Assembly: GCA_964401865.1 (NCBI GenBank)
Contig: CAYNZZ010000001.1
Location: 90,001-122,000 of the forward strand
DNA length: 32,000 bases
Direction: 5' to 3'
Source: an uncultured Erysipelotrichaceae bacterium
GTDB lineage: Bacteria > Bacillota_I > Bacilli_A > Erysipelotrichales > Erysipelotrichaceae
Made by a program: the position numbers and the translations under genes. Position 1 is the stretch's first letter. Each line of letters starts with the position of its first letter. Below the pieces are notes generated by a model. The model was not told the origin of the DNA. It did not search any database and saw only the letters and a program-made list of their open reading frames with translations. Positions 16,096 to 23,311 of the stretch are shown piece after piece.

Positions 16096-16610
16096 ACTTT
16101 AATTCTAGCATGACATTATATATCAAGAAAATATCCTGAAATATAGATATAAATAAAAAGGGTACAAACCCTCAACACTCTAATTGTAGCATATAAAAAA
16201 ATTTAATAATAGACTTGTATGCATATGTACATCTGTTATTATGTAAGTGAGGAAAGGGCGATATATTCGTAAAGGTATAAACCCATGGACAAAGACCAAT
16301 AAAAAATCAACTGTCTGCATCTAACGGTTGATGAAATAATTACAGTAAATAAACAATTAGATTTAGATATGGGAAAATATCATGATCGAAAGTTAGATAG
16401 TAGATGTTATTGATAGATAAATATGACCAATATAAATGTTATAACAGGTAAATAATAAGGTTATAATAGTTGGTTTGAGTAGTATTTAGTGTATTAATTT
16501 AGACTCCTTTCTGATAATGTTTAGATACATTATGATTGCAGAATATATGCAGTAAAAGAAGCATCCAAGTACAATGGTGTAATGTATGAGGATGCTTTTT
16601 ATCATGTTAC

Positions 16611-16639
16611 TTGTAAGATAGACATTTTTTAAGTAAAAT
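16611..16639 (+). promoter_or_regulatory. Candidate promoter of the metG T-box leader
   Basis: TTGTAA (16611-16616), a 17-bp spacer, then TAAAAT (16634-16639). This would give a leader of about 210 nt, a normal T-box length. Confidence 0.45.
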
Positions 16640-16645
16640 GAAAGT

Positions 16646-16845
16646 ACAGTTTTGATGGATAGAGTAGACAAATTAAGGCTAAAGAGAGTTTCTGATTGGT
16701 GCGAAGAAATGTTGATGTTTGTTGAAGATGGATCTTGAACTTTGTGTCTGATATGTAAGACATGACGTAAACTTGCGTTAAGAGTTAAAGGAACAAATTA
16801 AGGTGGTACCGCGCTCTTGCGCCCTTTGTGCTACCTTTTTATTTT
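16646..16845 (+). promoter_or_regulatory. T-box riboswitch leader (Met-specific by context) with terminator/antiterminator
   Basis: The T-box core AATTAAGGTGGTACCGCG lies at 16796-16813. The terminator pairs AAGGTGGTAC (16800-16809) with GTGCTACCTT (16828-16837), with inner GCGC/GCGC pairs, and is followed by the rest of the T-run TTTTTATTTT, which as a whole spans 16836-16845. Stem-I-like TGATGG...AGAGTAG lies at about 16652-16668 and AAAGAGAG at 16681-16688. It sits directly upstream of metG. Confidence 0.85.
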
Positions 16846-16856
16846 GGAGGAAAGAT

Positions 16857-18770
16857 ATGGATAAAAAAACATACTATGTAACTACACCAATTTATTACCC
16901 AAGTGCTAATTTTCATGTTGGGCATTGTTACACAACTTGCATTGCCGATGCTTTGGCAAGATATAAGAGATTGAAAGGTTATGATGTATTCTTTTTGACA
17001 GGTTCAGATGAACATGGGCAAAAGATTGAAGATAGAGCCATGAAGGCTGGCGTAACTCCTAAGGAATTTGTCGATCCTATTATCGATAATGCTAAAGATT
17101 TATGGAAAAGTTTAAATATCAGTTATGATAAATTTATTCGCACAACTGATCCTGAACATATTGCTTGTGTACAAAAAGTTTTCCAAAAGCTATATGACCA
17201 AGGAGATATTTATAAAGGTTCATATGAAGGCTGGTATTGTACACCATGCGAATCATTTTGGACTGAATCGCAATTGGTTGATGGTAAGTGTCCAGATTGC
17301 GGAAGAGAAGTTAAACTCACAAAAGAAGATGCTTATTTCTTAAAATTGTCTAAATATCAAAAACAGTTAGAAGAATATTTGAATAAACATCGTGATTTGA
17401 TGCAGCCAGAATCTCGTTACAACGAAATGTTAAATAACTTCTTAAGACCAGGCCTAAAAGATTTATGTGTTTCAAGAAGCAGTGTTAAATGGGGCATTCC
17501 AGTAACATTCGATAAAAGTCAAACTGTTTATGTATGGGTTGATGCTTTGACTAATTATATAAGCGCTCTTGGTTATTTGAGTGATGATGATTCTTTATAT
17601 CAAAAGTTTTGGCCAGCTGATTTACATTTAGTTGGAAAAGAAATATTCCGTTTCCATACAATTATTTGGCCTATTATTTTAATTGCTTTAGGTTTGCCAC
17701 TTCCATCGAAAGTATATGGTCATGGATGGTTGACTATTGGCGGTGGTAAGATATCAAAATCTAAGGGTAACTACAAAGATCCAAGAGAGTTTATTAAAGA
17801 TTATGATGCTGATACACTAAGATATTTCATTTTAAGCGAAGTTCCTTTTGGTTCAGACGGTAATTTCTCCGAAGAACTAATGGTTGAAAGAAGAAATTCT
17901 GATTTAGCAAACGTTTTAGGCAATCTAGTAAACCGTACTGTTTCAATGACTAATAAATACTTTGGTGGGTATGTAACAAAAATCAGCAACATCACCCCAT
18001 TAGATGAAGAAGTAATCACATATTTGAATTCATTAGATAAAGAAATTGAAGAAAAGATTGATGCTCTTAACATCCCGTCGGCTTTATCATCAATTTTTGA
18101 TCGTTTAAAGAGATTGAATAAATATATTGATGAAACTATGCCATGGGTATTGGGTAAAAATGAAGATGATAAACCAAGATTAAATGATGTGTTATACACA
18201 ATATTAGAAGGTATTAGAATTTGTACAGTTGCTTTGAGAGCTTTTATTCCTGAGACAAGCGATAAAATATTTGAGCAGTTAAATTCTGACTTAAATGATT
18301 ATTCAAGCATTGTATTCGGTAGTGAAACGAGTTATAAGGTTCAAGAAAAACCTAGTATCTTATTTGCAAGAATTGATGAGGAAGAATTAAAGAAAAAACT
18401 TCAAGAAGAAGAAACAGTTAAAGTCCAGCATTTAAGTGAAATCACAATTGATGATTTTACAAAGAGTGAATTAGTGGTTGGTGAAATAAAAGAATGTAAG
18501 AAACATCCTAAGGCTGACAATCTTTTAGTATCACAAGTTGATATTGGGGATGGCGAGATTAGACAAATTGTTTCAGGAATTGCAGCTTACTATAAACCGG
18601 AAGAATTAGTTGGAAAGAAAGTTGTCGTAGTAGCTAACCTAAAACCGATAAAATTAAAAGGTGAAATGTCAATGGGAATGTTGCTATGTGGTGAAAATGT
18701 CGATGAAAATGGCAAGACAAGACTCGAACTGCTTTCAAGTAGTCTTGTAGCCGGAAGCAAGATTAGATAG
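16857..18770 (+). CDS. metG: Methionine--tRNA ligase with C-terminal tRNA-binding (Trbp111/EMAP-like) domain
   Basis: HIGH-type motif PSANFHVGH, KMSKS-type motif KISKSKG, a zinc knuckle CTPCESF...CPDCG, and the C-terminal stretch DDFTKSELVVGEIKECKKHPKADNLLVSQVDIG. The ATG at 16857 is preceded by GGAGG (16846-16850). The track start at 16803 lies inside the T-box terminator. Confidence 0.95.
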   Translation: MDKKTYYVTTPIYYPSANFHVGHCYTTCIADALARYKRLKGYDVFFLTGSDEHGQKIEDRAMKAGVTPKEFVDPIIDNAKDLWKSLNISYDKFIRTTDPEHIACVQKVFQKLYDQGDIYKGSYEGWYCTPCESFWTESQLVDGKCPDCGREVKLTKEDAYFLKLSKYQKQLEEYLNKHRDLMQPESRYNEMLNNFLRPGLKDLCVSRSSVKWGIPVTFDKSQTVYVWVDALTNYISALGYLSDDDSLYQKFWPADLHLVGKEIFRFHTIIWPIILIALGLPLPSKVYGHGWLTIGGGKISKSKGNYKDPREFIKDYDADTLRYFILSEVPFGSDGNFSEELMVERRNSDLANVLGNLVNRTVSMTNKYFGGYVTKISNITPLDEEVITYLNSLDKEIEEKIDALNIPSALSSIFDRLKRLNKYIDETMPWVLGKNEDDKPRLNDVLYTILEGIRICTVALRAFIPETSDKIFEQLNSDLNDYSSIVFGSETSYKVQEKPSILFARIDEEELKKKLQEEETVKVQHLSEITIDDFTKSELVVGEIKECKKHPKADNLLVSQVDIGDGEIRQIVSGIAAYYKPEELVGKKVVVVANLKPIKLKGEMSMGMLLCGENVDENGKTRLELLSSSLVAGSKIR

Positions 18771-18824
18771 TTATTTAACTTAAATCTAACTTTAGCTTTG
18801 TTAGAATTAAAAAGGAGGAAAGTT

Positions 18825-19289
18825 ATGAAAAAATTATTTATTGGATTATTAAGTGTGATGTTGGTGTTTTCTTTAAGTGGATGTGGCACTAAAAACGAAA
18901 ATGTCGAGGGTACTTTAGATGAAATTATGGATAAAGTGTATGATGGCATAAGCCAGGAAAACTTGCCAATGATGTTAGGAAGAATTGAAGTAAGTGCTGA
19001 TAATGCTATGTGGTATCTAGGCACTGATTCAATCGAATATGAGGAAGGGCTCGCTAGTGAATCGGGTGTCGGTTCAATTGCTCACTCGGTAGTGCTACTT
19101 AGAATGAAAGATGCTTCAGCAGCTACAAAGGCGGTCGAAACATTGAAAGAAACGGTCGATCCACGCAAATGGATATGCGTTGAAGCCGATGAATTGGTTG
19201 TTGAGTCTAAAGGAGATTTAGTTATCGTTATTCTTGATGGCAATGGTAACACCGAAACATTTAAAAATAATTTCTTGAATCTAAAATAA
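18825..19289 (+). CDS. Lipoprotein (possibly DUF4358-like)
   Basis: The ATG at 18825 follows the SD AAAGGAGGA (18811-18819). The signal peptide MKKLFIGLLSVMLVFSLSGC carries the lipobox LSGC. The DUF4358 resemblance is a recollection-level guess based on size, the lipobox and its position next to MBOAT/DHHW genes. Confidence 0.7.
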   Translation: MKKLFIGLLSVMLVFSLSGCGTKNENVEGTLDEIMDKVYDGISQENLPMMLGRIEVSADNAMWYLGTDSIEYEEGLASESGVGSIAHSVVLLRMKDASAATKAVETLKETVDPRKWICVEADELVVESKGDLVIVILDGNGNTETFKNNFLNLK

Positions 19290-19317
19290 AATAAAAAGGC
19301 GAGCCTATGGTATATTA

Positions 19318-19346
19318 TTGATATCTAAAAGGTTCGCTTTTATAAT
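19318..19346 (+). promoter_or_regulatory. Near-consensus sigma-A-type promoter ending 6 nt from the MBOAT ATG
   Basis: TTGATA (19318-19323), exactly 17 bp of spacer, then TATAAT (19341-19346). The ATG is at 19353 and no SD lies between. Confidence 0.55.
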
Positions 19347-19352
19347 GAGAGT

Positions 19353-20735
19353 ATGATTTTTTCTAGTATTACATTTATCTTTTATTTTTTACCATTGGTA
19401 TTGATTTTATATTATTTATCGCCAAGGAAATATAGAAATATAGTTCTTTTTGCGATGTCTTTAGTTTTTTACTTTGTGGGTGAAAGAAAACTGACTGTTA
19501 TATTTGTAATATCGATAATATTTCATTATTTATGGGGGCTTTTACTAAGCAAAAACCCGCAAAAGAAATATTTAGTTGCTGGCATACTTTTCGATATTGC
19601 ATTGCTTACCTATTTTAAATACAGTAACTTTTTTATCAGTAATATCAATCAACTGTTTGGTATCGATATAGATTTACTCAGCTTAACTCTGCCGATCGGC
19701 ATATCTTTTTTTACTTTCCAAGGGATGAGCTACCTTGTGGATGTTTATCGAAAAGATATCGAAGTGCAGAAATCGTTTATTAATTTTGGCACATATATTT
19801 CTTTTTTTCCACAATTGATTGCCGGACCGATAGTTCGTTATAAAGATGTCGAAAAGGAGTTGACTTCAAGAAAAGAAAATACGGAAGACTTTGTTTTAGG
19901 GATTAAAAGACTGATTATTGGTTTCGCTAAAAAGATTATTATTGCCGATAGCTTTGCTTTATTGATTAAAAATCTTAGTGCGATGGTGGATAAGACAATT
20001 TTATCAACCATTTTAGAAGCTTTATCATATACGTTCCAATTATATTTCGACTTTAGCGCATACAGTGATATGGCTATTGGTCTAGGCTTATTTTTTGGTT
20101 TTCATTTTTTAGAGAACTTTAATTATCCTTTGTTTGCGAGCAGTATTACTGATTTTTGGCGCAAGTGGCATATTTCTTTATCTTCGTGGTTTAAAGATTA
20201 TGTCTATATCCCTCTTGGTGGTTCTAGGGTAAAAAAGTATCGCCACATCATTAACATCTTAGCTGTTTGGTTATTGACCGGTTTTTGGCACGGTGCTAAC
20301 TGGAACTTTATTTTATGGGGATTGTATTTTGGTATTATCCTGATAATAGAAAAGTTTTTCCTTTTAAAACATCTAACTAAACATAAAATAATTTCATTCT
20401 TTTATACCTTTACTGTTGTGGTGATTGGATTTGTGATATTTAATCACAGTGATATTAAAGAATTATTCGTATTTTTAGCTAACATGTTTGGATTAAACGG
20501 ACTCCCTTTCAGTAATGCTATGACGATTTATTATCTTAAGAGTTCAATAGTTTTATTTATATTAGCTTTTATATTTGCTTCACCACTTGTAAAGAATTTG
20601 TCTATAAAATTAAAAACAAAAGATTATAATTTATACTTTGCGATAAATTCAGTTGTCTTGTCGTTGCTTTTAATTCTTTCGATCAGCTATCTTTTAAGTG
20701 CCTCGTTCTCGCCGTTTTTATACTTCAGGTTTTAA
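19353..20735 (+). CDS. MBOAT-family membrane O-acyltransferase (DltB/AlgI/PatA-like)
   Basis: 460-aa polytopic protein with FWRKWHISLSSWFKDYVYIPLGGSR and the conserved-His block TGFWHGANWNFILWG. Confidence 0.9.
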   Translation: MIFSSITFIFYFLPLVLILYYLSPRKYRNIVLFAMSLVFYFVGERKLTVIFVISIIFHYLWGLLLSKNPQKKYLVAGILFDIALLTYFKYSNFFISNINQLFGIDIDLLSLTLPIGISFFTFQGMSYLVDVYRKDIEVQKSFINFGTYISFFPQLIAGPIVRYKDVEKELTSRKENTEDFVLGIKRLIIGFAKKIIIADSFALLIKNLSAMVDKTILSTILEALSYTFQLYFDFSAYSDMAIGLGLFFGFHFLENFNYPLFASSITDFWRKWHISLSSWFKDYVYIPLGGSRVKKYRHIINILAVWLLTGFWHGANWNFILWGLYFGIILIIEKFFLLKHLTKHKIISFFYTFTVVVIGFVIFNHSDIKELFVFLANMFGLNGLPFSNAMTIYYLKSSIVLFILAFIFASPLVKNLSIKLKTKDYNLYFAINSVVLSLLLILSISYLLSASFSPFLYFRF

Positions 20736-20736
20736 T

Positions 20737-21789
20737 ATGAAAAATAAAATTATAATCATACTATTTATGACATTTATCATTACTGGTACATTGTTTACTT
20801 CCTTAAATAAGGAAGAAATTTCATATACCGAGAGAAGAAAGCTCAAATCATTTCCCAGTCAATTCAATAAAGATTACTTCAATGACATTGATGATTATTT
20901 GAGTGATCACTTTATTTTTCGTGATTTATATTTAAAGATTCATAGCTTTAGTGCTATTTATCTTTTTAATAATCAGGATATTGATGGTGTGTATCAGGAT
21001 GGTGATTATTTATTTATGACGGACAGAGTGATTGATGATAAATCAGTCGATAACTTTGTAAATAAGATCAATGCCATTTCTAATGATTACTTCACCAATA
21101 ATAATAAATATTTTATGCCCATACCATTAAAAAATCACTATCTTGTAGATAATGACTTAGATTATAGCTATGATGAATTACTTTCTAAGTTAGATAAGAT
21201 AGATGCCGAGCTTATTGATATAAAAGATGACTTAACTTTAGAAAGCTATTATTATAGTGATTTACATTGGCGACAGGAGTATTTGGATAAAGTAATAGAC
21301 ACTTTTTTTGAAAAGACAGGTTTAATTCATATAAAAGAAGATTATACTGAGAATAGCTATACACCATTTTATGGCTCATACTACGCTTATTATGGCGGTA
21401 TTGCCAAATACGATAACATCATTTATTTGAATAGTGAATCATTTGATGATATCAAAATCTACTCACTAGATAAAAATGGTGAAACTTCAGTTTATGACAA
21501 AAGTGCACTAGGGTCTATTGATTCATACAGTGTATATCTCGATGGTCCTAGCTCATACTTAAAGATAGAAAATCCTAATTCCATAACCGAACAGAAACTG
21601 ATTATTTTTAGAGATTCTTATGCTTCGAGTTTAATTCCGCTTTTAATTCCTTCGTTTAAACAGATTGAAGTAGTGGATTTAAGATATTATAACAGCAGTT
21701 ATTTAAAAGAGTTGAATTTAGATTCAGAAGCTACAGTATTATTTATCTATGGTTCACAAATAATCAATAATAGTTATTCTTTGCGTTAG
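20737..21789 (+). CDS. DHHW-family / AlgJ-AlgX-like extracytoplasmic acyltransferase partner of the MBOAT protein
   Basis: The ATG at 20737 lies 1 nt after the MBOAT stop. The protein has an N-terminal anchor MKNKIIIILFMTFIITGTLF. The family motif reads SDLHW here (YYYSDLHWRQEY), and the C-terminus has IIFRDSYASSL. The track start at 20698 overlaps the MBOAT gene. Confidence 0.7.
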   Translation: MKNKIIIILFMTFIITGTLFTSLNKEEISYTERRKLKSFPSQFNKDYFNDIDDYLSDHFIFRDLYLKIHSFSAIYLFNNQDIDGVYQDGDYLFMTDRVIDDKSVDNFVNKINAISNDYFTNNNKYFMPIPLKNHYLVDNDLDYSYDELLSKLDKIDAELIDIKDDLTLESYYYSDLHWRQEYLDKVIDTFFEKTGLIHIKEDYTENSYTPFYGSYYAYYGGIAKYDNIIYLNSESFDDIKIYSLDKNGETSVYDKSALGSIDSYSVYLDGPSSYLKIENPNSITEQKLIIFRDSYASSLIPLLIPSFKQIEVVDLRYYNSSYLKELNLDSEATVLFIYGSQIINNSYSLR

Positions 21790-21828
21790 GGTGTTATAAT
21801 AGATATAAATTTTAAGGAGTTTATAGTT

Positions 21829-22749
21829 ATGGGAATGAATCAAATTATTTTTGTAGTTTTATTAATCGTTTTAATATTTATGTTATCTAAAAATGTCAAA
21901 ATGTATAAAAGAATAAAACTTAATAAGCAATATGTAAATATATTTGGTGAAATGTTTAATTCAGGAAGAGATGAAGAGGCATATACTACCATTTCTAAAT
22001 ATGTTGCTGAAACTGAGAATGTTGAATTTAAGAATAAAGGTCGTATCTTTAAACTGTTTTTTGAATTGAGGGATGGATACGATTATCATGAAACACTTAA
22101 TCAATTAGATTTCAAAGAATTATTTTATGAAAAAGATAAAGTCGAGATGCAAAAGATAATCTTTAATAGCGATACTTTTATTTGGGTTGTCGCTTTATTA
22201 GCCAAGGCTAGAAAATGTGATGCACAAGATTTGATTGATGAAGTTATGAATAAGATAGATGTATATCAAGATATTTTACATAATTATGTTGAATATACAA
22301 TGTGCAAGAGTGTACAAAAATCACTTAAAAAAGAGGATGATTTAGGAAATACTTTCCTGAGAGATCTAATCAATGGTGATTATACTGAATATAAATATGA
22401 TAAACGCTTAATTGGTTTTTACAAAAAGATTGCTGCTGCATTTTTAGCTTACAACGGCGAGGAATTGAGTGATTTTGAAAAAGACGATGTAAAATTGTTT
22501 GCCACTTCCATTGTAGGTAAATCAGTTTTAAGTGATTTAGACCTATATGAAGAATATCAACCGGTTTTACAAGTTGATGCAAAGGAAGATGAAAATGCTG
22601 AAGCAGACGAAGAAACTTTAGATGGCGAAAAAATTGTTGATGATGAAAAAAACGAAGAGTTAAAAACAGAAGAAGTAGAAATTTCCGATGATAAAAATGT
22701 AGAGATGTCAACGGAATCAGAATCTAAGGAAGAAAAGGAAGAAGAATGA
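21829..22749 (+). CDS. Hypothetical N-terminally anchored protein with a highly acidic Glu/Asp/Lys-rich C-terminal tail
   Basis: 306 aa. The SD TAAGGAG lies upstream. It has one N-terminal TM (IIFVVLLIVLIFML), a helical body, and a low-complexity final 60 aa or so (DENAEADEETLDGEKIVDDEKNEELKTEEVE...KEEKEEE). Its stop TGA overlaps the pth ATG. Confidence 0.6.
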   Translation: MGMNQIIFVVLLIVLIFMLSKNVKMYKRIKLNKQYVNIFGEMFNSGRDEEAYTTISKYVAETENVEFKNKGRIFKLFFELRDGYDYHETLNQLDFKELFYEKDKVEMQKIIFNSDTFIWVVALLAKARKCDAQDLIDEVMNKIDVYQDILHNYVEYTMCKSVQKSLKKEDDLGNTFLRDLINGDYTEYKYDKRLIGFYKKIAAAFLAYNGEELSDFEKDDVKLFATSIVGKSVLSDLDLYEEYQPVLQVDAKEDENAEADEETLDGEKIVDDEKNEELKTEEVEISDDKNVEMSTESESKEEKEEE

Positions 22750-23300
22750 AACTGATTGTCGGCTTAGGAAATCCGGGTAGCAAGTATGATAGAACCAGAC
22801 ATAATGCTGGTTTTTTCGTCTTGGATATTTTGACTGAAAAACTTAATTTATCTTTTAAAGAAGAAAAGAGACATCAGGCACTAATTGCGACCCTAAAAAA
22901 AGATGATGATACTTACCTTTTTGCAAAGCCTTTGACTTTTATGAATTTAAGTGGTGAGGCAGTATTTTCGATTGTGAATTATTATCATATCAATAGTGAT
23001 GACATCATCGTCATACACGATGACTTAGATTTGCCAGTTGGTAAATTGCGTCTTAGAACTGGTGGTTCTAGTGGCGGACAAAAAGGCATGGGGAATATTA
23101 TTACACTATTAAAGACTCAAAATATTAAACGAATCAGGGTCGGCATTTCCAATAACAAGCAAATTAAAGACTATGTACTGACTAAAGTTACATCTGAAGA
23201 ATGGCAAAGTTATGAAGAATCATGTAAGAGAGCCGCAGAAGCGGTGATTATGTCTTTTGATAATACTTATGAAAGAGTAATGAATAAGTATAATGGATAA
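22746..23300 (+). CDS. pth: Peptidyl-tRNA hydrolase
   Basis: MKLIVGLGNPGSKYDRTRHNAGF..., HDDLDLPVGKLRLR and GGQKGM are the canonical Pth motifs. Confidence 0.95.
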   Translation: MKLIVGLGNPGSKYDRTRHNAGFFVLDILTEKLNLSFKEEKRHQALIATLKKDDDTYLFAKPLTFMNLSGEAVFSIVNYYHINSDDIIVIHDDLDLPVGKLRLRTGGSSGGQKGMGNIITLLKTQNIKRIRVGISNNKQIKDYVLTKVTSEEWQSYEESCKRAAEAVIMSFDNTYERVMNKYNG

Positions 23301-23311
23301 AGCTATTATTT

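Noticed and set aside
15310-16511. 12-mer TAGACTCCTTTC present both in the 15303-15337 terminator loop and at 16500-16511
   Set aside because: My rough estimate is that tens of exact 12-mer repeat pairs are expected by chance in a 32-kb AT-rich window. There is no extended similarity around the two copies.
16486-16671. 61-aa minus-strand ORF (TTG start) in the spacer before the T-box as a real protein gene
   Set aside because: It has a TTG start without an SD, its extreme Ile/Leu/Tyr composition is expected from AT-rich DNA, and it abuts the T-box leader. I kept only a low-weight note about its internal 39-codon hydrophobic part in the spacer finding.
16803-16856. 18-codon N-terminal extension of metG in the track ORF
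   Set aside because: These codons are the T-box terminator and T-run. GGAGG at 16846-16850 serves the ATG at 16857, and MetRS homologues start at MDKKTYYVTTPIYY.
17125-18199. ORFs of 72 aa (plus strand) and 132 aa (minus strand) inside metG
   Set aside because: Shadow ORFs within a highly conserved gene.
18590-19024. 144-aa minus-strand ORF spanning the metG 3' end and the lipoprotein gene
   Set aside because: It is antisense to two supported genes, has no SD, and is low-complexity.
22370-22711. 113-aa minus-strand ORF opposite the acidic tail of the 306-aa protein
   Set aside because: It is the antisense reading of a GAA/GAT-rich repeat region (which gives Phe/Leu/His-rich nonsense) and has no start signals.
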